DNA of 50,301 bases. It comes from Candidatus Hydrothermarchaeota archaeon. GTDB lineage: Archaea; Hydrothermarchaeota; Hydrothermarchaeia; Hydrothermarchaeales; BMS3B. Shown here one piece after another: positions 35,741 to 46,385 of the stretch. The stretch spans positions 1 to 50,301 of the forward strand of contig WANX01000132.1 of assembly GCA_015521565.1 (NCBI GenBank), given 5' to 3'. The notes below the pieces were generated by a model. The model was given only the letters and a program-made list of their open reading frames with translations, searched no databases and had not been told where the DNA came from. Positions within the stretch are counted from its first letter, which is position 1, and every line of letters starts with the position of its first letter. Both the position numbers and the translations under genes were made by a program.

Positions 35741-37379
35741 GTTCCAGCGCCTCCACTTCGAGTTCCATAGCAGCTACGGGAAACTCCAGCTCGAAATTCT
35801 CCAGCACCTCGGGATGGAGCTCCCCGAACAGGCCCGCCTCATCATCACCCACCAGCAGGGAGGCGCACCTTCCGGTGATAAAAGCCGGGTCTTCTGCAGG
35901 CGCCACTCTGTACTCCACACCGAGGTCTCGGAGAAGTCCCTGGAGCAGAGCCTTTATCTCAGTAAAGCTGGCCCTGTCGTGCACTACCGCCACGCCCAGC
36001 CTGCGCCTCCGCGGGGCACCCGCATCACCGTCGAGCAGCACCACATCCCCCAGCTCAAAAATTCGCTGGGGAAGCTCGCGGTGCCTGTTGAGCCTGAGGG
36101 TGCGCAACAGGCCCGGGATGAGGGAGGTCCTCACTATGGTGTGCTCCTCGCTTATAGGGTTTTTTATCCGCACCGCCTCTCCATGACGACGAAGTCTGGA
36201 GAAGTTCTCCCTTTCGTTGGTGAGCATCAGGTTCATCACTTCGGTAAAGCCGTAGCCGAGCATGAGCATGCGCAGCTTTTCGCAGAGCACCTCCAGTGGC
36301 AGCTTCTCACCTGTGGTAAGCACCCCGGGAAGGGAGGCCGGAAAGTTCCCGTAGCCGTAGCCTATGGCAACGTCCTCCACCAGGTCTATCTCATGGAATA
36401 TGTCGCACCTGTAGCAGGGGACGCTCACCAGAAGCTCCTCACCGTTGAGTCCTGCACCGTAGCCCATCCTCTCCAGGCAGGACTTCACCTCCTCGGCTTC
36501 CAGCCTCAGACCGAGCATTCTGTTCACATAGCTCAGGCGCAGCTTCATGTGTCTGGGAGAAAAGTCGGGCGTGGTCAGACTCTGCCGGGGGTACCTGACC
36601 TCCACCTTTCGCACCGTGAAGCCCCGCTCCGCAAGGGCGGTTGCCAGAATGTTGAGTGCCTGGGAAATCAACCTCAAATCGGTGCCGGTAACGTCGATGA
36701 AGAATCTGCGCGTAGCCTCTGTCACCCGGGTGAGCTCTCCATTTATGATGGGAGGGAGGCTGAGCACATTGTTGCGGGAATCCAGGATAACCGGGTAGCG
36801 GTCGAAGGAGGAGATTATGTGGGCATATTCCACGCCCTTGGGGTGCTCCTCCAGTATCTGCCTGGGAGTCATTTCCTCCCGGTAACCCAGAGGCACAAAG
36901 CGTATCCCATCCGGCGCCACGGTGGTGTACCTGTAGGGCGGTGTTACCCGCGACGGGTCGTGCACGCCTATGGAGACCTTCCTCCTGTCCCTCCCCAGAG
37001 CCCAGTGCAGCCTCTCCTGAAGCTCCATGAGCTCCGCAATGAGCTCGTCGGTGAGCCTGACATTCTCAACCTCACACGCTACGACGAAGTCGCGCACACC
37101 TGAGACACTTTCATCTACGATAAGAAAGTTCTTCGCCTCCCCGGCACTGTACTCCTTAAGCCCGGGCTCTATACCGAAGAAGGCCCTGTAGGCCCGGGCG
37201 ATGCCCTCCACGGAGTAGAGGTCAGGGCGATTTGGAAAGTATTCCGCGTAGATATACCTGCCATCGTAGCCCTCAATATCGCAACCCAGCAGCGGGAGCT
37301 TCTCCATGAGTTCGGCGTCGCTCATCTCGGTGCGCATCAGGCGCCTGAGCTCATCACACTCAATTTTTATCACCGGCAT
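35733..37379 (-). CDS. pheT: Phenylalanine-tRNA ligase beta subunit (archaeal type)
   Basis: PNRPDLYSVEGIAR, LSLPPIING, RCDIFHEIDLVEDVAIGYG and GELHPEVL. Confidence 0.97.
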   Translation of the reverse strand: MPVIKIECDELRRLMRTEMSDAELMEKLPLLGCDIEGYDGRYIYAEYFPNRPDLYSVEGIARAYRAFFGIEPGLKEYSAGEAKNFLIVDESVSGVRDFVVACEVENVRLTDELIAELMELQERLHWALGRDRRKVSIGVHDPSRVTPPYRYTTVAPDGIRFVPLGYREEMTPRQILEEHPKGVEYAHIISSFDRYPVILDSRNNVLSLPPIINGELTRVTEATRRFFIDVTGTDLRLISQALNILATALAERGFTVRKVEVRYPRQSLTTPDFSPRHMKLRLSYVNRMLGLRLEAEEVKSCLERMGYGAGLNGEELLVSVPCYRCDIFHEIDLVEDVAIGYGYGNFPASLPGVLTTGEKLPLEVLCEKLRMLMLGYGFTEVMNLMLTNERENFSRLRRHGEAVRIKNPISEEHTIVRTSLIPGLLRTLRLNRHRELPQRIFELGDVVLLDGDAGAPRRRRLGVAVVHDRASFTEIKALLQGLLRDLGVEYRVAPAEDPAFITGRCASLLVGDDEAGLFGELHPEVLENFELEFPVAAMELEVEALELR

Positions 37380-38873
37380 TTATCTCACCCTCGCTCTTCG
37401 CAGCCAGTTGATGTCGCTCATGTAGAGCTCGCGGATGTCCTCCAGACCCAGGCGCAGCATCGCAAGGCGCTCTATTCCGAGGCCCCAGGCCAGGACAGGG
37501 TGGCGTATTCCCAGGGGCTCTGTAACCTCCGGGCGGAATATTCCAGCGCCGCCCAGCTCCAGCCACTTCTCCTTATCCGCAAAGAACACCTCTATTTCAA
37601 GACTCGGCTCAGTGTACGGGAAGTAGCCGGGACGGAAGCGCACCTGCTCAAATCCCATTTTGCTGTAGAACTCGCGGAGCAGCCCAAGCAGATCCGCAAA
37701 GCTCACCTCTCCGACAACTATGCCCTCCACCTGGTGAAACTCCGGAAGGTGTTTGAAGGTTATGCGCTCCTTGCGGAAAACACGGTCAACGCAGAAAACC
37801 TTTATGGGCGGCTTTTGCTCTGCTGCAAGGTGGCGTATTGTAGTCGCGGTTGTATGTGTTCTGAGCAGAGCTGTGCGCGCCAGCTCTTCGCTCCAGGAGT
37901 AGCGCCAGCCCGTTGAGCCGGTACCTGCACCGTTTTCATGGGCGCGTCTCACAGCCTCCACAATCCTCCTATCCGGCAGCTTGAGTCTCGCCGGCTTCTC
38001 CAGGTAGAAGGTATCCTGCATCTCCCGTGCGGGGTGGTCCTGGGGCACAAACAGTGCGTCGAAGTTCCAGAAACTTGACTCCACCAGAGGGCCTGAGATC
38101 TCCTTAAAGCCCATCTGCAGGAAAATGGAGCGGATTTCGTCGATTATTATCCTGAGCGGATGCAGCTTGGCTGGCAGAAGCTCCGGCGCTGGCAGGGTAA
38201 CATCGTAGCGGCGCAGCTTCTTCCCGCGCCAGGTACCGGTTTTTATTATCTGATGGGTGAGCTGGGAAATCTCCTCCTCCAGCTCTATGCCCTTTGCAAA
38301 AAGCTCCTTCCCGCGCCGTGTTAGCCTTGCCTTCCTGAGGCTCCTCTCCTCAATTCTGACGACCTGCTGCCTCCCCCTCAGAAGCTCCAGGGCTGAGCGC
38401 TCTTTCTCTGAAAGCTGGCTCAGCATGAGCTCGCCCTGTGCAAGCCTCTCTAAAAGCTTCTCATCCTCAGTCCTGTCGCCCCTCCTTCCCTCCTCTGTGA
38501 GCGCCAGCCTTCCTCCTGTAATGCTTGCCAGACCCTTTCTGCGCAACCAGCCGAGTGCTATGCTCACCTCGTCCTTATCCAGCACCTCACCCAGTGCCGA
38601 AATCTCAGCCTCACCGCCTTTGCTTCTGAGGTACTCCAGCGCTCTGCGCTCCGGCAGACCCCTCTCCGCATAGAGCCTGCCCTCCTCCCCCAGAGCCACA
38701 GCGCAGTCCTTTTCCTCCTCGACCTCCGCCAGACCTTTGCGCACCAGCCAGTACAGCGCGCGGTTAACGGCACTCACTCTCAGCTTGGTGCGGGATGCTA
38801 TCTCCTCCGGCTCCGCACTGCCCAGCTCTCCCAGCGCCTTTAAAACCAGCTTCTCGTTTCTGCTCAGCTCCAT
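37380..38873 (-). CDS. pheS: Phenylalanine-tRNA ligase alpha subunit (archaeal type)
   Basis: FWNFDALFVPQDHPAREMQDTF, LRTHTT, FRPGYFPYTEPS and GLGIERL. Start ATG 38873. Confidence 0.97.
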   Translation of the reverse strand: MELSRNEKLVLKALGELGSAEPEEIASRTKLRVSAVNRALYWLVRKGLAEVEEEKDCAVALGEEGRLYAERGLPERRALEYLRSKGGEAEISALGEVLDKDEVSIALGWLRRKGLASITGGRLALTEEGRRGDRTEDEKLLERLAQGELMLSQLSEKERSALELLRGRQQVVRIEERSLRKARLTRRGKELFAKGIELEEEISQLTHQIIKTGTWRGKKLRRYDVTLPAPELLPAKLHPLRIIIDEIRSIFLQMGFKEISGPLVESSFWNFDALFVPQDHPAREMQDTFYLEKPARLKLPDRRIVEAVRRAHENGAGTGSTGWRYSWSEELARTALLRTHTTATTIRHLAAEQKPPIKVFCVDRVFRKERITFKHLPEFHQVEGIVVGEVSFADLLGLLREFYSKMGFEQVRFRPGYFPYTEPSLEIEVFFADKEKWLELGGAGIFRPEVTEPLGIRHPVLAWGLGIERLAMLRLGLEDIRELYMSDINWLRRARVR

Positions 38874-38874
38874 G

Positions 38875-39132
38875 TTATCCCTGCTCTGCCCTTTTTCCAG
38901 CCCCTTCCTCAAAGTAGAGCATTGCAATCAGCACAAAGAGCACGGCCATGGCTATAAAGTATTCAAAGTTTGGCTGGTTTTTTACAACAGTGTAAACAGA
39001 AATTCCACCAAAGAGGACCCCGAGGCCGGAGAAAAGCCAGAATATCTCAGTTTTCCCGAGCTCCCTCTCCAGATAGTACACGGCAAATATGACGAGGGCA
39101 ACACCCACACCAAAAACCACACGCGCATCCAT
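38875..39132 (-). CDS. Small 3-TM membrane protein
   Basis: Three hydrophobic segments; lies 1 nt before pheS. Confidence 0.65.
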   Translation of the reverse strand: MDARVVFGVGVALVIFAVYYLERELGKTEIFWLFSGLGVLFGGISVYTVVKNQPNFEYFIAMAVLFVLIAMLYFEEGAGKRAEQG

Positions 39133-39257
39133 TGCAGTGCAGAGTTTATCTAAATGCTATAAAAGCTTTTTCCAGGAAACGGCTGCCACCGGGATGGGTG
39201 TGCTGTCCGCTATCCGCACGGGCAAAATTTATATCCCCCGGGCACAATCTTTTTGCC

Positions 39258-39395
39258 ATGCCCACCTGCGAGATATGCGGCGAGGAGGTGGAGGAGATAT
39301 ACTCCTGCAGGGTCTGCGGCTACCGCTTCTGCGCCAACTGCGGCGACCCCGCGAGCGGAGAGTGCGAGTTCTGCATGGAAGAGGAGGAGCTCTAA
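39258..39395 (+). CDS. 45-aa Cys-rich zinc-finger microprotein
   Basis: MPTCEICGEEVEEIYSCRVCGYRFCANCGDPASGECEFCMEEEEL (four CxxC); TATA TTTATAT ~25 nt upstream, probably leaderless. Confidence 0.7.
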   Translation: MPTCEICGEEVEEIYSCRVCGYRFCANCGDPASGECEFCMEEEEL

Positions 39396-40522
39396 CCCAA
39401 AACCTCCACCAGTGCCTCGTAGGGGGCGTCGGTTTTTATGCCCGTGGCCGAGATGTGGGTTCTGCTGGCGCTGTAGCCGCGGCGGTGGAGTTCTTCCAGG
39501 ATTTCCCTCATCGGGGGCAGCTCTCCCAGCGAGAGGCGCCTGGCGAGGTGGTGCACATCGTAGAAGAAGGGCACCTCAAGCTCAGAGGCAATCGCTGCGA
39601 GAAGCTTTGAGCAGCGCTTATCCTCCAGGTATGCCGCCTCTTCAGCCGCCCTCCTCGCGAGCTCCGCATCTTTAAGTTCCCCCAGCCACAGCGCTCCCGC
39701 CACAGCATAGCTCCCGCCGCACGCGCAGCGCTTTTGAGAGGGAAGGGGCGAGGCTTCGCTCTCACGTCTGCCGCAGGCAGGGCAGTAGTAGAGGTAGCCC
39801 AGCTTTGCAAGGGCTTCATCCGCACGCCTCCTGCCGGAGCGCAGCGCCACGAAGGCGCGGAAGTAGTGGTCGGTGGCGTGGGCGAGCAGAACGCGGGCAC
39901 CCCGGCGAAGCTTCGCCGCCTCGCGCACCACGCCTGCGATGAGTATTCTGAGCCCCGCCTCCTTGCACAGCTCGCCTCGCAGAGGAATAGAAAAGTACTT
40001 CCTGAGGCACGCCTTCGGGTAGACGCCGCAAAGCGGCGCGGTGTCTGTTGCGGTTACAGCGAGATACCCGCCCCGCGGTGGGAGCGCCAGCACGGCGTTG
40101 TGGATAAAGGGCACGGGCGTGCCGAAGGGGTCTATGTCTATGAAGTTGAATCTCCCCCGCCGCTCAAGCAGGAAGAGGTTCGCTTCCCTCAGGGAAATGC
40201 CCACCTCCAGGCTGTTAAGCGCCGCGTTCCTCCTTATAAGCTCCACGGCGCTCTCGCTTCCGTCGTTCAGGTGAACCTCCGCTTTTGCCTCCTTCGCCAC
40301 GCGCAGCCCCTTTGCTCCTGTCCCTGCGAGCAGGTCCAGGAACTTTACCTCCTCCCCGGCAGAGAGAAGCGCCCTCACAACGGCGCAGGTTACGTCGCGG
40401 TTGAGCTTCATGCGGGGGTTGAAGAATACGGGAGGGAGGGACTTCTTTATCTCCCGGGGCGATGTCAGGCTGCGCTCTGGTACGAGAAGCTTCGTCCTGC
40501 CCTCCACAATCTCGACGAACAT
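39392..40522 (-). CDS. trm1: tRNA (guanine26-N2)-dimethyltransferase
   Basis: VFFNPRMKLNRD, DIDPFGTP, VTATDTAPLCG, EAGLRIL, GALWLG and SRTH..GIKTDAP. Confidence 0.95.
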   Translation of the reverse strand: MFVEIVEGRTKLLVPERSLTSPREIKKSLPPVFFNPRMKLNRDVTCAVVRALLSAGEEVKFLDLLAGTGAKGLRVAKEAKAEVHLNDGSESAVELIRRNAALNSLEVGISLREANLFLLERRGRFNFIDIDPFGTPVPFIHNAVLALPPRGGYLAVTATDTAPLCGVYPKACLRKYFSIPLRGELCKEAGLRILIAGVVREAAKLRRGARVLLAHATDHYFRAFVALRSGRRRADEALAKLGYLYYCPACGRRESEASPLPSQKRCACGGSYAVAGALWLGELKDAELARRAAEEAAYLEDKRCSKLLAAIASELEVPFFYDVHHLARRLSLGELPPMREILEELHRRGYSASRTHISATGIKTDAPYEALVEVLG

Positions 40523-40523
40523 G

Positions 40524-41507
40524 CTACAGCTTCATCATCTCTCTAAGCCTGCGCCCCACCTCCTCGATGGGGTGCTCCTTATCCTTTGCGCGGAGGCTGC
40601 TGAGCACCGGCAGGCCCGCGCGGTTCTCCAGAATCCACTCCCGTGCGAACTCCCCGCTCTGAATCTCCCGCAGTATCTTCCTCATCTCCTGCCTTACCTC
40701 GGGGGTTATTATCCGCCTGCCCCGGGTGCGCCCCCCGTACTCTGCGGTGTTTGAGACCCGGCGCCACATGCCCTCTATCCCCTCGCGGTAGTACAGGTCC
40801 ACGATGAGCTTGAGCTCGTGCAGGCACTCGAAGTACGCCACCTCTGGCGAGTAGCCCGCCTCAACCAGGGTTTCAAAAGCGGCCTTTATAAGCTCCGCGC
40901 TGCCCCCGCACAGGTCAACCTGCTCCCCGAAGAGGTCTGTCTCTGTCTCCTCGGCGAAGGTTGTCTCGAGCACGCCCACCCGGGTGGCGCCGTTCGCCTT
41001 CGCAAGCGCTAAAGCGCGCTGCTTCGCCCTGCCGGTGTAGTCCTGCTCCACAGCAATAAGCGCCGGCACGCCTGAGCCCCGCTCAAACTCCCGCCTCACC
41101 ATGGCACCCGGCCCCTTTGGCGCCATCATTATCACATCCACATTGCCAGGAGGCACAATCTGCGAGAAGCGGATGTTGAAGCCGTGGGAGAAGCTCAGGG
41201 CGTTGCCCTCCTCAAGGTTCGCGTGCACGTACTTCCTGTACACCTCGGGCTGGGCCTCGTCGGGGATGAGCATGTGCACAATTGTGCCCCGCTTGGCCGC
41301 TTCCTCTATGCTCAGCACCTCAAAGCCGTCGCGGGAGGCGCGCTCCCAGGAGGCGCCGCCCCTGCGCAGCCCGAGCACAACCTCCAAACCAGAGTCGCGG
41401 AAGTTCTGCGCCTGGGCAGAGCCCTGGATCCCGTAACCTATAACGGCGATAACCTCATCCTTAAGCACGTCCAGGTCCACGTCCCTGTCGTAGTATATCC
41501 TCGCCAT
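40524..41507 (-). CDS. ilvC: Ketol-acid reductoisomerase
   Basis: [26 protein letters not shown] and VSNTAEYG. Start ATG 41507. Confidence 0.97.
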   Translation of the reverse strand: MARIYYDRDVDLDVLKDEVIAVIGYGIQGSAQAQNFRDSGLEVVLGLRRGGASWERASRDGFEVLSIEEAAKRGTIVHMLIPDEAQPEVYRKYVHANLEEGNALSFSHGFNIRFSQIVPPGNVDVIMMAPKGPGAMVRREFERGSGVPALIAVEQDYTGRAKQRALALAKANGATRVGVLETTFAEETETDLFGEQVDLCGGSAELIKAAFETLVEAGYSPEVAYFECLHELKLIVDLYYREGIEGMWRRVSNTAEYGGRTRGRRIITPEVRQEMRKILREIQSGEFAREWILENRAGLPVLSSLRAKDKEHPIEEVGRRLREMMKL

Positions 41508-41566
41508 TAAACCACCTCGAAGAGAAATAGCGCTGAGAATATTTAAACAATTCGTTGCAGAAAGGC

Positions 41567-41680
41567 TCACCTGCGGTTCCTTTCCCTCTCCCTCAGAAGC
41601 CGCTCCATCTCCCTTTCAAGCGCCTCTCTGCGCAGTTCTATCTCAAGCCATTTCTCTGCAAAGCTCTCTGCTTTACCCAT
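41567..41680 (-). CDS. 37-aa charged coiled-coil microprotein (unannotated)
   Basis: [37 protein letters not shown]; BRE/TATA AAAGGTTTATAT ~30 nt upstream. Confidence 0.5.
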   Translation of the reverse strand: MGKAESFAEKWLEIELRREALEREMERLLRERERNRR

Positions 41681-41765
41681 CAATTATAGAAGTTTACCCT
41701 CTGCAATATAAACCTTTCTATACATGCCAGATTACTTTCAGCATCAATAGCAATTGATTATATAC

Positions 41766-42065
41766 ATGAAATTTATTTCACATAAACTGGTGAGCGAAGA
41801 CATCTTCAGACTCCTGGGAAGAAGAGGAGTAATCGAACTCCTGTACAGCCTTGAGGGAAAGAGGCGGAAGTACAAGGAGCTTGAAGAGATCATAGGGAAT
41901 CCCTCCACAACAGCACGCCGGCTGAAAAGTCTGGAAAGGCATGGCCTGATCAGGAGAGAAGTTTCCTCTGAGAAGTACCGGCCGGTGTACTACTCCCTCA
42001 CCGAGAAGGGCAGAAAACTTCTTCTTGTGGTGCGGCAGGTTAGGGAGAAGTACGGCGAGGAGTGA
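41766..42065 (+). CDS. HxlR-family winged-HTH regulator
   Basis: LLGRRGVIELL..YKEL..STTARRLKSLERHGLIRREV...VYYSLTEKGRKL. Confidence 0.85.
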   Translation: MKFISHKLVSEDIFRLLGRRGVIELLYSLEGKRRKYKELEEIIGNPSTTARRLKSLERHGLIRREVSSEKYRPVYYSLTEKGRKLLLVVRQVREKYGEE

Positions 42066-42106
42066 AGCTATAAATATGAGGGAAAATTTAAATTAAATTT
42101 GATAGC

Positions 42107-42919
42107 ATGCCGGCGGTGAGTGTGGTCAGGGATTCCAGGCCTAATGTAAAGAAGGCCCTGGAGTATATCGAGTTTGAGCCGGAAGAGTGTGAGGTGCTTG
42201 TAATAAAGCCCCACCTGTGCTGCTCGAAGCAGTGGTACACCGGCGCCACCACGGACCCGAGAATCCTGGAGCAGCTCTTCAGGCTGTACGAGGGCCTGGC
42301 CGACGAAATCTACGTGGTGGAGAGCGACGGCTACGGAGAGAGCGCCGACGAAATCGCCAGGGAGCTCGGAATAATTGAGCTGTGCGAGCACTACGGCGCG
42401 AGATGGGTTAACCTCTCGCGGGACATCCTCATACCTGTGGAGAGGGACTTTTTAGCTCTTGAGAATCCCTTCCCCACGCCGCGCACAGTGCTGAAGGCAG
42501 ACCTTGTTATAAACGTGCCCAAGATGAAGACCCACAGCATGCTCACCGTTAGCCTGGGGCTTGCGAATATGTTCAGGATAGTGCCGCGTAGGAAGGAGGT
42601 GTACTACCCCAAGATATCCGAGGCGATATGCGACGTGCTCATGATCCGCTCGCCGGAGCTCACTATACTGGACGCGGGCATTGCGATGGAGGGAAACGGC
42701 CCGCTCAAGGGCACGCCAAGGCGTATGGGCTTAACGCTTGCCAGCCGTGACCCGGTTGCGATAGACACCATAGCGTGCAGGATAATGGGGATAAACCCGA
42801 TTCACGTGGAGCACATAGTAAAGGCTGGCTACTACGGCTTCGGCGAGTACGCTGAGAAGCGCATCTCAGTGAGGGGCGAGAGCATAGAGAATGTGCGCAC
42901 CCGCTTCCGCGTGCCCTAA
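42107..42919 (+). CDS. DUF362-family protein
   Basis: VIKPH, ATTDP, INVPKMKTH, MEGNGP and DPVAID. Confidence 0.88.
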   Translation: MPAVSVVRDSRPNVKKALEYIEFEPEECEVLVIKPHLCCSKQWYTGATTDPRILEQLFRLYEGLADEIYVVESDGYGESADEIARELGIIELCEHYGARWVNLSRDILIPVERDFLALENPFPTPRTVLKADLVINVPKMKTHSMLTVSLGLANMFRIVPRRKEVYYPKISEAICDVLMIRSPELTILDAGIAMEGNGPLKGTPRRMGLTLASRDPVAIDTIACRIMGINPIHVEHIVKAGYYGFGEYAEKRISVRGESIENVRTRFRVP

Positions 42920-45591
42920 CGCTCAACCAGCACAACAGCTTCGGGAAGCTCCGGCACGGAAACGCTCTCCACCTCCCTGCCGGCGAGGGAGATTGACCGC
43001 TTCACCTCCTTTATGTGCTCCTGGCGAACCTCAAAGCGCTTCCCGTCGAGGGTGAAGCGGAACACGCCCTCCTCCTCTATCGCACGCGCCACCGCCTCGG
43101 CGCTGGAGCGCAGGTAGCCCGCAACCCTGCCGGCGTCGCCCTTGAACTCGGGTCCAAGAGCTGCGAAGTTTGGCACCACCTCGAGCACGCGCTCCTGCGC
43201 CGCAACTGGCTCTGAGGTTATCTCCACTCTCCCTATCTGAAGGGTGCCCTCTATGGTGTCCACACCCCGCCTGAGCGACTCAGCCACCTCCAGCGGGGCG
43301 CTTACGGTGAGCGCCTTCAGCGGAGCGTTGAGCGCCATCCCGCGCTCCGCCTTGTACCGCCGCACCGCAGCCACGAGCGCAACGATGCGCTCCGCCTCCT
43401 CCTCAAGAGAGGGGCGTATCAGGTCGCGTCTCGGCTTGGGCCAGGTGTCCGCGTGGATGCTGCGCTGGGGCTCGCGCTTTGCGTAGTAGCTCTGGTATAT
43501 CTCCTCGGTTATGTGGGGCGCAAAAGGTGCAAGGAGCTTGAGCGAGATGAGGAGCACCCTGTACAGCGCGTACTGCGCACTCCGCCTCGCATCCTCGCCG
43601 TACTTCTCCGGGTTGTACAGCCTGGCCTTAACCATCTCCAGGTAGTTGTCGCAGAACTGCGAGAGGAAGAAGTTCACCGCCGCCTTCTTCGCCTTTGAGT
43701 AGCGGTACTCCTCGAAGTAGGCGGTGCACCTCTCAACCAGGCGGTACGCCTTGGAGAGTATCCAGGCGTCTATTATGTTGAGCTCCTCCGGCTTCTCGCC
43801 GTGGTAGTCCTGCAGATGAGCCAGAGCGAAGCGCGAGGCGTTCCACAGCTTGTTCAGGAAGCGCTGCGCCGCAACCAGGTCCTTCTCTTTAAAGGGCAGG
43901 TCCTCGCCCAGCTTGCTCTCCGCCGCCCACAAACGCAAAGCGTCGGCGGAGTACTTTTTCAAAACGTACTCCGGCTCTATAACGTTTCCCTTGCTCTTGC
44001 TCATCTTCTTGCCCTGCGGGTCAAGCGCCCAGCCGCTTATCATGGCGTTGTACCAGGGAATCTCGCCGCGGTGGAGCAGGCCTTTTACCACCGTGTTGAA
44101 GAGCCAGAAGGTTATTATGTCGTGCGCCTGGGGGCGGAGAGACATGGGGTAGAGCTTTCTGCGCACCTCCTCGTCCTCAATGAGCTCCGCCGCGATTATG
44201 GGGGTGAGCGAACTCGTGGCCCAGGTGTCGAGCACATCTTGCTCTGGGACGTACTCCTCGCTGCCGCAGCGCGGACACGGCGAGGGCGGAGGGTCGATGG
44301 TGGGGTCAACGGGCAGGTCCTGCTCCCTCGCCAGGATTACCTCCCCGCAGGCCTTGCAGTACCACACCGGGAAGGGCACGCCGAAGTAGCGCTGGCGGGA
44401 GATGCACCAGTCCCAGCGCAGCCCGTGAATCCAGTTCTCGTAGCGGGAGCGCATGTGCTCCGGGTGCCAGCGTATGCGCCTGCCCGCCTCAAGAAGCTGC
44501 TCCTTCATGTCCAGGTAGCGGATGAACCACTGCTTTGTGTTCAGAATCTCTATCTCTGTACCGCAGCGCTCGTGCACATTCACCACGTGGGTAATCTTCT
44601 TTGAGCGCACCAGAAGCTTTGCCTTTTTCAAATCCTCTATAATCGCCGCCCTTGCCTCCTTTACCTTCATACCTTTATACTTCCCCGCCAGAGCCGTCAT
44701 GCGCCCGTCCCTGGTAATCGCCACCTTTAGCGGGAGGTTGTGCTCCATGTACCACTCTATGTCCTGCATATCTCCAAAGGTGCAGCACATCACTATGCCC
44801 GTGCCCTTCTCAGGGTCCACGCGCGGGTCTGGCTTTATCTCCACCCAGTGCTCGAAGAGCGGCACCCGGGCGCGCTTCCCGAAGAGGTGTTTGTATCTCC
44901 CGTCCTCGGGGTGGGCGAATATCGCAACGCACGCCGGGAGAAGCTCTGGTCTCGTGGTGGCGATTACCACCTCGCCTCCGTCCTCAAGCTTGAAGATTAT
45001 GTCGTTGAAGCTGCCCTCCACCTCGCGGTCCTCCAGCTCAACCTGGGCGATGGCTGTCTCGCAGCTGGGGCACCACAGGAAGGGCGTCTCCTTCCGGTAC
45101 TCCCTGCCCATGCGGTAGAGCTCGATGAAGGAGCGCTGGGAGATTCGCCTGCAGTGCTCGTCTATGGTGGAGTACGCCAGCGACCAGTCCACACTTATGC
45201 CTATCCGCTTCCAGTCCGCAACGAAGCTCGGGCGAATCTCCTCCAGCGTGCTCAGGCACAGCTTTATGAAGTCGTCGCGCTTCATCTCCTTCGCCCTGAC
45301 GTTCTTCAGGCGCTCCACCAGGCGCTCCGTGGGCAAGCCGTTGTCGTCGGTGCCAAAGGGGTAGAAGAGGTTGTAGCCCTGCATTCGCCTGAAGCGGGCG
45401 ATGAAGTCCATCTGGGAGTAGGAGAATGCGTGCCCCAGGTGCATGCGCCCGCTCACAGTGGGCGGGGGGGTGTCTATTGAGAAAATCGGCTTCCCGCTCC
45501 TGGGGTCGAAGCGGTAGATGCCCTGCTCCTCCCACCAGCGCTGCCACCTGGGCTCAATCTCCTTGGGGTTGTAGTTTTTCGGGAGCATCAC
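42916..45591 (-). CDS. valS: Valine-tRNA ligase (archaeal type)
   Basis: IDTPPPTVSGRMHLGH, TTRPEL, DWCISRQR and KMSKSKGN. Confidence 0.97.
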   Translation of the reverse strand: MMLPKNYNPKEIEPRWQRWWEEQGIYRFDPRSGKPIFSIDTPPPTVSGRMHLGHAFSYSQMDFIARFRRMQGYNLFYPFGTDDNGLPTERLVERLKNVRAKEMKRDDFIKLCLSTLEEIRPSFVADWKRIGISVDWSLAYSTIDEHCRRISQRSFIELYRMGREYRKETPFLWCPSCETAIAQVELEDREVEGSFNDIIFKLEDGGEVVIATTRPELLPACVAIFAHPEDGRYKHLFGKRARVPLFEHWVEIKPDPRVDPEKGTGIVMCCTFGDMQDIEWYMEHNLPLKVAITRDGRMTALAGKYKGMKVKEARAAIIEDLKKAKLLVRSKKITHVVNVHERCGTEIEILNTKQWFIRYLDMKEQLLEAGRRIRWHPEHMRSRYENWIHGLRWDWCISRQRYFGVPFPVWYCKACGEVILAREQDLPVDPTIDPPPSPCPRCGSEEYVPEQDVLDTWATSSLTPIIAAELIEDEEVRRKLYPMSLRPQAHDIITFWLFNTVVKGLLHRGEIPWYNAMISGWALDPQGKKMSKSKGNVIEPEYVLKKYSADALRLWAAESKLGEDLPFKEKDLVAAQRFLNKLWNASRFALAHLQDYHGEKPEELNIIDAWILSKAYRLVERCTAYFEEYRYSKAKKAAVNFFLSQFCDNYLEMVKARLYNPEKYGEDARRSAQYALYRVLLISLKLLAPFAPHITEEIYQSYYAKREPQRSIHADTWPKPRRDLIRPSLEEEAERIVALVAAVRRYKAERGMALNAPLKALTVSAPLEVAESLRRGVDTIEGTLQIGRVEITSEPVAAQERVLEVVPNFAALGPEFKGDAGRVAGYLRSSAEAVARAIEEEGVFRFTLDGKRFEVRQEHIKEVKRSISLAGREVESVSVPELPEAVVLVER

Positions 45592-46364
45592 CGCACCTCT
45601 ATCTCATCGCCAACCGCAATGCGCATAAAATCCTTCGCCGCAACCGTTGCCACGCCGGTCTCGCGCTCAACGCGCCTGGCCTCCCTGTCGGCGATGCCTA
45701 TCATAGCCATGCCGAAGTGGTTCATTACAGCAAGCTCAGGCTTTACCTCGTGCAGAATTTTTATAACATCCTCGGTGCACAGGTGCCAGGGTATCCGCCT
45801 GTTCGAGGGGCGGATGACGTTTATAATCAGAACCCTCGCCTCTGCATACGCCTCTTCTATTCCAGGGAAGTACTCTGTGTCGCTTATGTAACCCACCACC
45901 CCCTCCTCATAGAGGAAGTTAAGACCGACGTTGGTGGGGTCGCTGTGCCTCGTCTGCGCAGCCTCCACGGCGAGGCCGTTGATGCTCACACGCTTTCCCG
46001 GCTCCAGCACCTGCAGCTCCTTCACCCTGGAGGCGTGGTACCTGGAGAGCACCGGACCTATATCCTCAACGCCCTCCACGGCACTTTTGCTGCCGGTGAA
46101 GGTGCCCCGCGTGGTGCGCATGCCGCGCGTCATCGCCTCGACCAGAATCTCGGCATCGTTGTAGTGGTCCGGGTGCGAGTGGCTCACCACAACCGCATCG
46201 GTGCGCAGGGCGCTTATTCCGGCGTGGGCGATGTTGACTATCGCACCGGGACCCGGATCCAGGTGGATTCTGCTCTCCCCGTGTAGTCTTATCCCGCCGG
46301 TGCGCAGCCTCTGCATGAGCGTGGTCCAGCGTCCGCCGCCGGTGCCGAGAAATATTATCTCCAT
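45588..46364 (-). CDS. Metallo-beta-lactamase-fold hydrolase (archaeal)
   Basis: FLGTGGGR, DPGPG, SHSHPDH, SDT and NHFG. Confidence 0.88.
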   Translation of the reverse strand: MEIIFLGTGGGRWTTLMQRLRTGGIRLHGESRIHLDPGPGAIVNIAHAGISALRTDAVVVSHSHPDHYNDAEILVEAMTRGMRTTRGTFTGSKSAVEGVEDIGPVLSRYHASRVKELQVLEPGKRVSINGLAVEAAQTRHSDPTNVGLNFLYEEGVVGYISDTEYFPGIEEAYAEARVLIINVIRPSNRRIPWHLCTEDVIKILHEVKPELAVMNHFGMAMIGIADREARRVERETGVATVAAKDFMRIAVGDEIEVR

Positions 46365-46385
46365 AACAGAAGAAAGAGTCTTGGC

